Below are positions 17,577 to 26,665 of a stretch of 64,000 nucleotides of DNA, in pieces (positions within the stretch are counted from its first letter, which is position 1; each line of letters opens with the position of its first letter). Below the pieces are notes generated by a model. It was not told where the DNA came from. It did not search any database and saw only the letters and a program-made list of their open reading frames with translations. The position numbers were made by a program, and so were the translations under genes. The DNA lies in contig JAQTQG010000003.1 of NCBI GenBank assembly GCA_028712375.1, positions 14,619-78,618 of the forward strand, in the 5' to 3' direction. This stretch comes from Candidatus Omnitrophota bacterium. GTDB taxonomy: Bacteria > Omnitrophota > Gorgyraeia > Gygaellales > Profunditerraquicolaceae.

Positions 17577-19037
17577 CTATGAATTAGCAAAAAAACCTAT
17601 CTTGGTTTTATTGTCCTTAACAAAGATTCCGTCCTGTTCTAGACTCGCTCCAAACAAAAGGTCATTCATTGTAATAATATTCCTTTTCTCTTGAACCAGC
17701 CGTCGCAGGGCGTGGAAGACAGCATTCTTGATGTAGCCACCACTAAACTGAAATTGTCTGGCCAGAACAGCAAAATCAACACCTTGGGCAAGAGTTACCT
17801 TGCTTGGAATATGCGATCGCCAAATTTCTTTGCGTATCTTCTCATCAGGCAAATCAAATTTAACCTTTAAAGTAACTCTGCGTTCAAGTGCAGGATCAAG
17901 CAAATTATCCATGTTCGAAGTTAAGATTACCACTCCTTCAAACCGTTCAATTTCCTGTAGCATAATATTAACAAACCTAATATCGTGTTCTTGGGCTGCG
18001 AAGTTGCGGTTATATAAAATAGAATCCGCCTCGTCAATACAGATAACAACATTATTTTGCTTTGCTGACTTAAAAATAGAAGATATTTGTTTATCGGTTT
18101 CACCAAACCAACGTGAATTTATTTTGGGAAATTCAACAACAAGCAACTTCTTCTTAAGATGTTTTGCTATTGCCTCAGATAACATCGATTTTCCCGTGCC
18201 GGGCGGACCGTAAAAGAGGAAAACCAATCCTTTGCCATTTTTAATTGTTTCTTCTACACCAAGATCTTCAAGTCCTTTATCCTGCAACCCGGATAATAAG
18301 AAACTGACGTTTTTCTTCACATCGAGAGATAGCTTAACATCTTCAAGAGAATATGCCGGATCCTTTAAAAAACCAACCTCTTCGCAAGGGTGTAAATCTT
18401 TTTTATTTTCTGCCCTTCCAGGTCTAGATTCTTTATACTCCCCACTTATCATCCTAGAAAAAACGTCCAACAAAGACGAACTCATCCCGAAACTGACTAC
18501 GGCCGAGTTGTGGTTGTTTCGATAATATGGGTACAAAATAGAATATTTTAAAAGATTGGCATTTCGGTTAAAATAACGAGACAACCCCATTCTCCCGATT
18601 ACAGAATCATTTAAGTCAAAGATCCTAAGGAGCAGATCCCTTGAACAGATATTCTCTTTTAGGTGCAAGAACTCCAAATAAAGGTAATATAGGAGTATTT
18701 GCTTTTCAAAGATATCCAAACCGTATAGCGAGGCAGTTTTTTCTAACGCAAACTTACTGCCCTTAGACATGGAATCCTGTACCCTTTGCCAAAACAAAAC
18801 TTCTTTTGTCTTTATTGTTGAGTCCAATTCTGATACATTCTTGCGGAATGCCTCTACATCATCCTTAGATTTCTTAATAAGAATAATTCTTTTGTTTTGG
18901 TAAAGTTCGCAGATCTTGAAATATTCTTCGATGTATTCTTGGTCACCTGAAAGAAAATTATTTTCCGGCATTACCTTTTCTCCTTTCTTTCTGCACAAAC
19001 TTATCAAAATCCTCAACTGTCTTTTTGAGCCTTTCAT
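17577..19037 (-). CDS. classic-clade AAA ATPase with unknown ~260-aa N-terminal domain
   Basis: Walker A GPPGTGKSML, Walker B VVICIDEADSI and second region of homology ILTSNMDNLLDPALERRV (CDC48/FtsH-like AAA). The true start may be the internal Met at ~18971. Confidence 0.8.
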   Translation of the reverse strand: MKGSKRQLRILISLCRKKGEKVMPENNFLSGDQEYIEEYFKICELYQNKRIILIKKSKDDVEAFRKNVSELDSTIKTKEVLFWQRVQDSMSKGSKFALEKTASLYGLDIFEKQILLYYLYLEFLHLKENICSRDLLLRIFDLNDSVIGRMGLSRYFNRNANLLKYSILYPYYRNNHNSAVVSFGMSSSLLDVFSRMISGEYKESRPGRAENKKDLHPCEEVGFLKDPAYSLEDVKLSLDVKKNVSFLLSGLQDKGLEDLGVEETIKNGKGLVFLFYGPPGTGKSMLSEAIAKHLKKKLLVVEFPKINSRWFGETDKQISSIFKSAKQNNVVICIDEADSILYNRNFAAQEHDIRFVNIMLQEIERFEGVVILTSNMDNLLDPALERRVTLKVKFDLPDEKIRKEIWRSHIPSKVTLAQGVDFAVLARQFQFSGGYIKNAVFHALRRLVQEKRNIITMNDLLFGASLEQDGIFVKDNKTKIGFFANS

Positions 19038-19632
19038 TCATCTGATCATTCATTAACTTTGTTAAGGCTATCGCTTTTTCATATTTCTTGCCATACCAAA
19101 TAAGTTTCTTCGTAGGTTTACCTTTGTAACACCACCGCTTAAAACTCGCCGCTTGCTTTATCAGTTCAGGCACATTGATTACGCCAAATTTCTTATAAAT
19201 ACCGCTTAATCTAGAACTCTCATAAGCAAGATCAAAACAGTTTCGACATCCAAAATAATTGCCGACCCTGTAAAGTACCCCTACCCGCCTATCACAGCCT
19301 AAGATTGACAAAGGACACTTAAACCAATATCTGACACCGCCGTAATTACAAGAAGTTGCGACTAAATCGACCCTGTATTCGAAATTCTGATATTCTCCAT
19401 TAGGCTGAAGAATAGAGTAATAGAAATCTAAGAATGGATCATTCTTGTTTATAAACGATACTACAATATGGATACCGTTTTTAAAGACTTCCCCATTATA
19501 AGGAATATCAATAATCCCAAAATCACTGGCTTCTAAAAAATCATTAAGTTTTAGTGATAATATTGGAATCTTGTAAAGGTTATCTGCCACCAACTTGGGG
19601 CTTTTATCTCTGTCCATTGTAAAACACCTCAA
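18958..19632 (-). CDS. Cys-rich hypothetical protein (putative zinc-binding), partner of the AAA ATPase
   Basis: 224 aa. SCNYGGVRYWFKCP...GCDRR...YFGCRNCFDLAY suggests a Cys4 zinc-ribbon-like cluster. Overlaps the AAA gene 5' end. Confidence 0.4.
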   Translation of the reverse strand: MRCFTMDRDKSPKLVADNLYKIPILSLKLNDFLEASDFGIIDIPYNGEVFKNGIHIVVSFINKNDPFLDFYYSILQPNGEYQNFEYRVDLVATSCNYGGVRYWFKCPLSILGCDRRVGVLYRVGNYFGCRNCFDLAYESSRLSGIYKKFGVINVPELIKQAASFKRWCYKGKPTKKLIWYGKKYEKAIALTKLMNDQMNERLKKTVEDFDKFVQKERRKGNAGK

Positions 19633-19738
19633 AAAAATGCCGAAATGAATAAGAATTCTTTGATTTCAATCTTAAATTGGTTGACCAATTTTGCCTTTTA
19701 TATAAACCAAAAATAACACGCAGAAATAATCAACTTTA

Positions 19739-20098
19739 TTACCATTCAATAATAATCTTCTTATCTAACATCTGCACTTTTCCGATAGCCTCCATTTTGA
19801 TTAGGCGTTTTCCCTTGTTTTCTGACACCTGGTTGAGTGATCTATCTTTTGACATAGCAAAACACCTTTTTGACTCATTCCCCTCGGAAAATCGTGTTGA
19901 GTTGGTCAAAACGCCTTCCAGAATTGACCTGACATATACTCTGCTAGGACCAATTCCTTTTCTAGCAGGATTGTGCCCCATTCTGAATGGGAACAAATAA
20001 CAACCCGTCGTGTTATCACAGAAGCGAACATCTTTAGGCCTACCTGCACAAATAAGACAGTGTTTTCGGATGGCTTGTAACGGCGTAAGGTGTTTCAT
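19739..20098 (-). CDS. small hypothetical protein (119 aa) with CLIC...C...C motif
   Basis: ORF only. Weak. Confidence 0.25.
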   Translation of the reverse strand: MKHLTPLQAIRKHCLICAGRPKDVRFCDNTTGCYLFPFRMGHNPARKGIGPSRVYVRSILEGVLTNSTRFSEGNESKRCFAMSKDRSLNQVSENKGKRLIKMEAIGKVQMLDKKIIIEW

Positions 20099-20293
20099 TT
20101 ATAACCCCCTTTCGTGCCCACTCTTCTGGCCTACGACCGGAATCAACTTTACTGAGAGTAGTTCAAATTCACTTAAGTTGTCTCCTCTGTCGTTTTTCAA
20201 TATTACTTTGGCTGTTGAGGAACTCCGCCGAAGGCGGATAAATGTATAACTACTCTTTTGTACAATACTCTTCTGTAAAGTATTCTATTGTGT

Positions 20294-20385
20294 CCCCCTA
20301 CTTAGGGGGTAGCGAATAACCTATATAGGAGACAGTAAATAACCCACTTAGGGGGTAGCAATAACCCATATAGGGGTAGCAAATA
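20294..20385. repeat. iteron-like direct repeats with embedded 7-bp palindrome
   Basis: The unit ACTTAGGGGGTAGC(G)AATAACC(T/C)ATATAGG occurs at ~20299-20329 and ~20346-20375, with a third partial TAGGGGTAGCAAATAG at ~20371-20385. The first copy begins with CCCCCTA-CT-TAGGGGG, a perfect inverted repeat. Confidence 0.5.
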
Positions 20386-20402
20386 GTATAACTAAATCCA
20401 TA

Positions 20403-20831
20403 TTAACTTGGCTTCACCCATATCATCCTGCCCTCTATGTACGGGTAATCTTTGCCGTTCTTCACTTCAGATCCCTCCTTAATATCTATACGAATCTTCC
20501 AGCTTTTCCGCTTGCCTTTGGTTACTGTTATCACCCACTTTCCAGCGTCCTGCTCAATCCCAATTTTTCTTCCATCCCGGGTTATCATTTTTTTCTCCAA
20601 TAGCTTTTTCTTTGTTCTAGGTACGTGAGATAATGGTATACCAGTGCTATTTTCGATTTGGCTGTTGGAAATCCAGTCCAAATCCTTTTGGTACCCTAAG
20701 GTCTTCATAACAATAAACCACCACAAGGCGTGCTCGTACGGACTAAGGTAACGAGCAATCCAAACATAACCCATTCTCAACAAACGCCAAGGCAGTTTTA
20801 TGAAACGTACATTATCTTTTAGATCTGCCAT
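20403..20831 (-). CDS. putative replication initiator / replisome-organizer-like winged-helix protein
   Basis: 142 aa. N-terminal FIKLPWRLL... and a GIPLSHVPRTKKKLLEKKMI winged-helix-like segment resemble phage/plasmid RepA_N / replisome-organizer N domains. Directly adjacent to the iterons. Confidence 0.4.
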   Translation of the reverse strand: MADLKDNVRFIKLPWRLLRMGYVWIARYLSPYEHALWWFIVMKTLGYQKDLDWISNSQIENSTGIPLSHVPRTKKKLLEKKMITRDGRKIGIEQDAGKWVITVTKGKRKSWKIRIDIKEGSEVKNGKDYPYIEGRMIWVKPS

Positions 20832-20954
20832 TTATTCAGCTCCTTTCCTGGTCATTTCCCCAAGGGAAAATACCACTTTTCTTTCTTTTTTATTGGTAAT
20901 TTTTAATTGCTATAACTTTAAGATAATTAAAGAGATGAGATATATCCTTGCGGA

Positions 20955-22298
20955 ATGCACTCTGATATCAAAAAAGAGGGCGCTTGTTTTGATTTAGCCA
21001 TTGCCCTGGGCATTCTGGCGGCAACCGGGCAGATCGGCAAAGAGCGCCTTCAAAACTACTCTTTTCTGGGAGAATTATCCCTAGACGGCCAATTGCGGCC
21101 GGTGCATGGCGTTCTGGCGATAAGTTTAACTATCTCTAAATTCCCGGTTAAGAGCCTTGTTCTTCCCGAAAAGAACGCTCAGGAAGCAGCGGTTATACAA
21201 GAAATTTCTGCCTGGCCGCTCAAAAACTTAAAAGAAGTGGTGCAATTTTTAGCTGATCCCGGAAGCCGAAGCCCATTTAAATTAGATATTAACCACGTTT
21301 TTAAAGGCGGTGGGAATTATACTTTGGATTTCTCCGAAGTTAAAGGCCAATATTTTGCAAAAAGAGCGCTGGAAGTGGCGGTATCCGGGGGGCACAATAT
21401 TATTATGCTCGGTCCGCCCGGCAGCGGGAAAACTATGTTAGCTAAAAGGATTCCCACTATTATGCCTAACCTTTCCTTAGAAGAAGCTCTGGAAATCACC
21501 AAAATCCATTCCGTAGCCGGGACGCTATTAAATGATAATTTTATCAGAACCCGGCCCTTTCGCTGCCCGCATCACAGTATTTCAGATACCGCCTTAATCG
21601 GAGGAGGCAGCGTGCCTAAACCCGGAGAGATCAGCCTGTCTCATTACGGCGTGCTCTTTCTGGATGAACTCCCGGAATTTAACCGCAAGGCCCTGGAAGC
21701 ATTAAGACAGCCGCTGGAAGACAACCTGATTTGTATCAGCCGCGTAAAAAGAACCCTGGTATTCCCGGCTTGTTTTATTTTAGCCGCCGCGCTTAACCCT
21801 TGTCCGTGCGGCAATTATTTTAACCCGCACAAACCATGCCATTGCAACCCGACAAAAATCAAAAATTACCTGGGGAAAATTTCCGGGCCGCTGCTGGATA
21901 GAATCGACCTGCACATTGAAGTCCCGCAGGTAAAACACCGGGAATTATCAGACGCGCGGGAAGCAGAATCATCGGCAGCCATCCGGCAACGCGTAGAAAA
22001 CGCCCGCGCAATTCAACAAAAAAGATTCTCCGCCATAGGCAAATCCGGCTCCACAAGCATATTTTGTAACGCCCAAATGACCAATAGGCTCATTAAAGAA
22101 TATTGTGTTTTAGATGCCGAGGCTAGTAACTTATTAAATATGGCAATAACCGAATTGGCCCTATCGGCAAGGGCTTATGATAAAATACTTAAGGTGAGCC
22201 GGACGATTAGTGACCTGGCAGGCAGCCAAAACATTAAATCCGAACATGTTGCCGAGGCAATTCAATACCGCTCTTTAGACCGGCAGCTCTCCGGATAA
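20955..22298 (+). CDS. comM: comM/yifB 3' portion (Mg-chelatase-like AAA+ ATPase, aa ~71-end)
   Basis: SDIKKEGACFDLAIALGILAA continues the N-fragment exactly. Walker A GPPGSGKTMLAKR, Walker B LFLDELPEF, and a C-terminal Mg-chelatase ChlI-like domain. The ATG at 20955 is fortuitous and created by the insertion. Confidence 0.8.
   Translation: MHSDIKKEGACFDLAIALGILAATGQIGKERLQNYSFLGELSLDGQLRPVHGVLAISLTISKFPVKSLVLPEKNAQEAAVIQEISAWPLKNLKEVVQFLADPGSRSPFKLDINHVFKGGGNYTLDFSEVKGQYFAKRALEVAVSGGHNIIMLGPPGSGKTMLAKRIPTIMPNLSLEEALEITKIHSVAGTLLNDNFIRTRPFRCPHHSISDTALIGGGSVPKPGEISLSHYGVLFLDELPEFNRKALEALRQPLEDNLICISRVKRTLVFPACFILAAALNPCPCGNYFNPHKPCHCNPTKIKNYLGKISGPLLDRIDLHIEVPQVKHRELSDAREAESSAAIRQRVENARAIQQKRFSAIGKSGSTSIFCNAQMTNRLIKEYCVLDAEASNLLNMAITELALSARAYDKILKVSRTISDLAGSQNIKSEHVAEAIQYRSLDRQLSG
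20963..20976. repeat. right junction direct repeat GATATCAAAAAAGA (attR core candidate)
   Basis: Matches 1723-1736 at 13 of 14 positions. Lies at the point where the comM reading frame resumes. Confidence 0.6.
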
Positions 22299-22506
22299 AA
22301 AACTTTTTAATTATTGCAACCTCCTGGCACGCGCCCCCGAAAGGGTGTAGCCCCAAAATCGGGCAGACGGATAAGCTGTAGTAATATATCCGATTTTTAT
22401 TGATCCGGAAAAAACAAAAACACATACTACTTTAATAAAATGGCAGCTGGCTTAAACAATAAATACTTAATTACCCGTTAGCCATTTAAATCATTTTTTA
22501 ATTTAT

Positions 22507-24762
22507 TTATTTCCTATAAGGCTTAAGTAGCTCCAGTAGTTTCGGGCTAATAGCATAACCTAATTGGCCGGCCTTATCGCAATGCTGGATTGCCAGGTTG
22601 TATTCTCCGGCATAATAGTAAGCCAGGGCAAGATTATGATGCGCAACGGCGAGAGTTGAATCAAGCTCCAGGGCTTTATTAAACCAGGCTACCGCCTCTT
22701 TGTTCCTGCCGAGAGTTAAGTATGCGTTACCTAAACCCACGCATGATTCCTTGGAGCCTGGATTAAGTTCCACGGCTTTCCTGTAGCAGGCAAGCGCGTC
22801 TTTATCTTTTTGAATGCGCGCAGACAAATTGCCGCAATAATAGTAAGCATCAAAAAAATCCAAGTTATTGGTTACGGCTTTTTTATACAACAACTCTAAT
22901 TTTTCCTGCTGGCCTAACGATTTGTAAAGTCCGGCAAGTTTAATGTAGGCCGGCAGATAAGCCGGATCTATATCTATCGCTTGGGACAACTCCGCCTTAG
23001 CCTCTTCTTTACGGTTAAGATTAACATATAAGGCACCCAGATAGTCGCGGGCATATAAAAACCGCGGAGCAAGCTCCGTTGTTTTAATATACAGCTTTAA
23101 TGCTTCATCCTTATCTCCGAGCAAATCTTTTATATTGGCAAGGTTAAAATATGCCCCTGCCTCTATCGCCATCCGGTTAGCTTCCACTACTTTTCTTCTA
23201 TCGCGCAGCAAATATTTTAAATTAGCGAATTTAAAATATGACCCTTCTTCTACAGCCGGACCACTAGCCGCTATCTTTTTTTCTTCAGTAGACAAACTAT
23301 TAAAATGAACGGAATCAAGATATTCCTCGGAATCTTTTATCAGGCGCTCAAATACCGCAATCGCCTCCGGGTTCCTGCCGAGAGCTTTTAAAGCATTGCC
23401 CAAGTTAAGATAATAATACTTCAACATCGGATCATCCGGAGACTTGGGCCTGGCGTTTATGGCAAACATGAAATCGGAAAGCGCCTGATGGTATTGCCCT
23501 TGCTTTAAGAAAAATTCACCGCGGTTACTGAAGGCAGCGGCAGTATCAGGATATTTCTTTAAAATATCATTCCACAGGCTTAATCCATTCTGCCAAACAG
23601 AGCATCTTTTCCAAGTAGCACATCCCAGGAAAATAATGATTGCCGCCAACATTATCGTTAAAAAAGTTTTAAGTAAATAACCATACTTTATTTTTCTTGC
23701 GTATAGCCACATGCAGCTTTGCGCAAACAGATAAAATATCCCGATCGCCGGCAAATAAACATACCGGTCGGCCGGCAATATTTTATCCAACGGCAAAGAG
23801 CGCAGCGCCGGAAAAATAACCAAGAGGAAGAATCCACTCCCTAAAATTATCTTTTTTGTATACCGGATTGAGATAACTGCCGCAATGGCCAAAATAAGCA
23901 CCAGCACAAAAGCATATAAATAAAACGGGTTATTTTTGACTTCAAAATACGGGTATAAAGCAGAAAGATTGAGCGGCGCGATTAACTTGCTAAGGTAAAA
24001 AACAATATCTCCTGATGCTCCGGCTAATTTAGTAAACAACCCGTATGAACCTTGAATGTAAAAAGCCTGGGATGAGGATGAAGCTAAAAGGGCAAGCAGG
24101 CCAAAAAGCACAGACAAAAGAAAATAAGGAATTTTTTCAAGAAAAACGGCCCAGCTTAGCTTTCTGGAATAAAAATAATCCAACAGTAATAAAACCAGCG
24201 GCAAAGTAATCGCCATGGACTTGGACAAAAGCGCCAGAATAAATAAACCCAGGCATAAGAAGTAACATTTTTTAGCCTGTTCTTTTTTCAAATAGTAAAG
24301 ATAGGCAACCAGGGATCCCAGGAAGAAAAATGCGCACAATACATTTTTTCTTTCACTAATCCAAGCGACCGATTCTACCTGCATCGGATGGATGCCAAAA
24401 AGAATAGCGGTGATCCAGGCAATAGCAATATTGCCGCTGATGATATAAATCAGCCAGAATACCCACAAACAATTTAATAAATGCAGAATCAAGTTGGTTA
24501 AATGGTAATTAAACGGGTTGAGCTTAAAAAAATGATACTCCAGTAGATAAGAATAGATGGTTACCGGCTGGTAATGCGCGATGAAGAAGGAAGTAGAAAT
24601 CTCTTTAATGTTCTCCAAAGAAACAGAACGAATGGCTTTATTTTCGGTGACATATAAATTATCGTCCCAATTGGTAAAATCATTTTTCAAGGAGGGATAG
24701 AAAGAGGCCAGAGTAATGGCCAGAATTAAAAAAACGGGGATGAGTATTTTATTTTTTTTCAC
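22507..24762 (-). CDS. TMTC-like GT-C fold membrane glycosyltransferase with C-terminal TPR repeats
   Basis: 751 aa. About 10 TM helices with an NWDDN acidic loop motif (GT-C DD/DE-like), then multiple TPR units (AY...G.....A...). Confidence 0.6.
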   Translation of the reverse strand: MKKNKILIPVFLILAITLASFYPSLKNDFTNWDDNLYVTENKAIRSVSLENIKEISTSFFIAHYQPVTIYSYLLEYHFFKLNPFNYHLTNLILHLLNCLWVFWLIYIISGNIAIAWITAILFGIHPMQVESVAWISERKNVLCAFFFLGSLVAYLYYLKKEQAKKCYFLCLGLFILALLSKSMAITLPLVLLLLDYFYSRKLSWAVFLEKIPYFLLSVLFGLLALLASSSSQAFYIQGSYGLFTKLAGASGDIVFYLSKLIAPLNLSALYPYFEVKNNPFYLYAFVLVLILAIAAVISIRYTKKIILGSGFFLLVIFPALRSLPLDKILPADRYVYLPAIGIFYLFAQSCMWLYARKIKYGYLLKTFLTIMLAAIIIFLGCATWKRCSVWQNGLSLWNDILKKYPDTAAAFSNRGEFFLKQGQYHQALSDFMFAINARPKSPDDPMLKYYYLNLGNALKALGRNPEAIAVFERLIKDSEEYLDSVHFNSLSTEEKKIAASGPAVEEGSYFKFANLKYLLRDRRKVVEANRMAIEAGAYFNLANIKDLLGDKDEALKLYIKTTELAPRFLYARDYLGALYVNLNRKEEAKAELSQAIDIDPAYLPAYIKLAGLYKSLGQQEKLELLYKKAVTNNLDFFDAYYYCGNLSARIQKDKDALACYRKAVELNPGSKESCVGLGNAYLTLGRNKEAVAWFNKALELDSTLAVAHHNLALAYYYAGEYNLAIQHCDKAGQLGYAISPKLLELLKPYRK

Positions 24763-24854
24763 GGTTGAAATTTTGCCATGCGGAATAACTATAATCTTTC
24801 CCTGCGCTATATTAAAATAAACCGGGCCTTAAAATCACCCGATGGGCTACGGAA

Positions 24855-25841
24855 TTAACGCGTGATTACTTCAATTACGGAGGTAGTGCTAGAGACAGAG
24901 CCTGCCTGGTCGCTGACGGTAAGAGTAACTGTAAAATTACGCGGCCCAAAAGTAGTGCTCCAGTAGGTATTTTCAGGATTTTTCTGGGTAGAAGTGTCTC
25001 CATCGCCGAAATCCCAAGCATAAGAAACAATCTTGCCTGCCCGGGAGTAAGACTTTTGCGCGGAGAATGCTACTTTAAGCGGAGAATAACCTCTAGCGGG
25101 CTTAGCAATAATCACCGCCACTGGCGGCTCTGGTGCCGGTTTGGCTGCGGGAACTTCTTCGGCCGCCGGATGTTTAATGGCTACAGGCTCGGAAACAGGC
25201 ATAACAGGTTCTGCAACAGGTGCAACTACGGGTTCTGCTTTGGCTGCCGCCGGCGGCACCACTGGCGCGCTCTGGGCAACCGGCTTCACAGCAACCACAG
25301 GTTCCATTACCTTGGGCAGCTCTTCCTTTGGTTCAGGTTTAGTCTCCACTATAGCCGGAACCCCGGTTTCTTGTGCTAGATCTTCAGCAACATAAACATC
25401 AAGCTCTTTCTTAAGCTTAGCTATGCGCGCTGCTTCCAATGTCTCTTTCTCTTCATCCAGCCTATCCACTTTAGCTTTATACCCGGGGTTATGATTATAC
25501 TTATAATCTGCTGCTGCCCGGAACGGCCAATTTAAAACTCCTCCCAAAAATCCTACAATCATCGAGGGGGGTTCCCAAAACATCTCTTTCAGGCGTGATT
25601 CAATCTGGCCCATCTGCTTATAATAAAACTCTACTTTGGATTTACGGCGCTTAAAACGCTCCTTAGCTAAATTCAAATCCGGGAGCGACTTCTCTTTACC
25701 CACAGTATATTCAATAATCGGCTTATCATCATAATAAGCCAGATAACCTTGGGCACCTGAAGCGGTAGACTTTTGAAATTTATAAGTAGCGCAACCGGAT
25801 AAAAATAATACCAGGGATAAAAATAATAAAAAATTCCGCAA
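24855..25841 (-). CDS. lipoprotein with Pro/Ala-rich linker and C-terminal PKD domain
   Basis: Lipobox LSGC. Long PVAxPV low-complexity linker. C-terminal YAWDFGDGDTS...TVTLTVSD is a PKD-like fold. Confidence 0.55.
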   Translation of the reverse strand: MRNFLLFLSLVLFLSGCATYKFQKSTASGAQGYLAYYDDKPIIEYTVGKEKSLPDLNLAKERFKRRKSKVEFYYKQMGQIESRLKEMFWEPPSMIVGFLGGVLNWPFRAAADYKYNHNPGYKAKVDRLDEEKETLEAARIAKLKKELDVYVAEDLAQETGVPAIVETKPEPKEELPKVMEPVVAVKPVAQSAPVVPPAAAKAEPVVAPVAEPVMPVSEPVAIKHPAAEEVPAAKPAPEPPVAVIIAKPARGYSPLKVAFSAQKSYSRAGKIVSYAWDFGDGDTSTQKNPENTYWSTTFGPRNFTVTLTVSDQAGSVSSTTSVIEVITR

Positions 25842-25882
25842 AACTGTTATTCCTTTCTTTTCTATGCCGTCTCAAACAGCTA

Positions 25883-26437
25883 TCAACGCATTAATGCCAG
25901 TGCTTCGGAACGGGTCTTTTCATTCTCTTTAAAAATCCCGCGCACAGCGCTGGTTACGGTCATGGTCCCGGGTTTTCTTACCCCGCGCATTGACATACAC
26001 AAATGTTCCGCCTCAATAACCACCATTACCCCCAAAGGTTTTAGCTTATTCATCACAATTTCAGCGATTTGCGTAGTCAGCCTTTCCTGTACTTGCGGCC
26101 GGCGGGCCAAAATATCCACCACACGCGCCAGCTTGCTTAAACCGGTGACCCGGCCATTTTTGGGAATATAAGCAATATTAGCTTTACCAAAAAAAGGCAC
26201 CAAATGATGTTCGCAAACAGAATACAACGGTATCCCCCGCAATAAAATTATTTCATGGTGTTTTTGCTCTAAGATCACCTCTAATTCCTTCTCCGGGTCT
26301 TGTTTAATCCCTGAGAATATCTCCTCGCACATCTGAGCATAGCGGCGCGGAGTCTCCAAAAGGTCTTTTCTTTGAGGATCCTCACCAATTGCTTCTAAAA
26401 TCTGACGCACCGCTTTTTCAATCTTCGCTTTATTCAT
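25883..26437 (-). CDS. folE: GTP cyclohydrolase I
   Basis: 184 aa. ...[20 protein letters not shown]...[23 protein letters not shown] matches the conserved FolE core. Confidence 0.9.
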   Translation of the reverse strand: MNKAKIEKAVRQILEAIGEDPQRKDLLETPRRYAQMCEEIFSGIKQDPEKELEVILEQKHHEIILLRGIPLYSVCEHHLVPFFGKANIAYIPKNGRVTGLSKLARVVDILARRPQVQERLTTQIAEIVMNKLKPLGVMVVIEAEHLCMSMRGVRKPGTMTVTSAVRGIFKENEKTRSEALALMR

Positions 26438-26665
26438 TTAAAATTCCTTAATTAAACAGTAAAATTATCTAGAGTATTATCTAACGAAAAACACCTTTAC
26501 GCAATAGGTTTTTAATGAGGCCACGACTTACGGCAGCCGCAGCGAACGTAAGTCGTCGGGCCGAATCAAGCACCTATAGCTTTTATCCAACGCAGTCCTT
26601 GTGAGCATCAGCGAACAAGGATAATTCTTACATATAAAACATTGGCAAAGAAAACCTCATCCTGC

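Larger units (their letters stand above)
1737..20962. mobile_element. ~19.2 kb integrated element (defense-island / integrative plasmid-like) inserted in comM
   Basis: Bounded by the split comM halves and imperfect direct repeats. Carries a serine recombinase at the left end, a tyrosine recombinase, a Rep-like gene with iterons and R-M plus nuclease cargo. No phage structural or conjugation genes seen. Confidence 0.7.

Noticed and set aside
17800-18525. Plus-strand ORFs (137 and 97 aa) inside the AAA ATPase gene
   Set aside because: Opposite-strand shadows of a strongly supported AAA domain.
19633-19738. Possible sigma70-like promoter TTGACC...TATATA on the plus strand
   Set aside because: Spacing is imperfect, and no plus-strand gene follows that it could drive. 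Left unannotated.
25056-25395. Two plus-strand ORFs (107 and 84 aa) rich in Gly/Thr/Ala/Arg
   Set aside because: They mirror the Pro/Ala-rich linker of the minus-strand lipoprotein. They are a compositional artefact.
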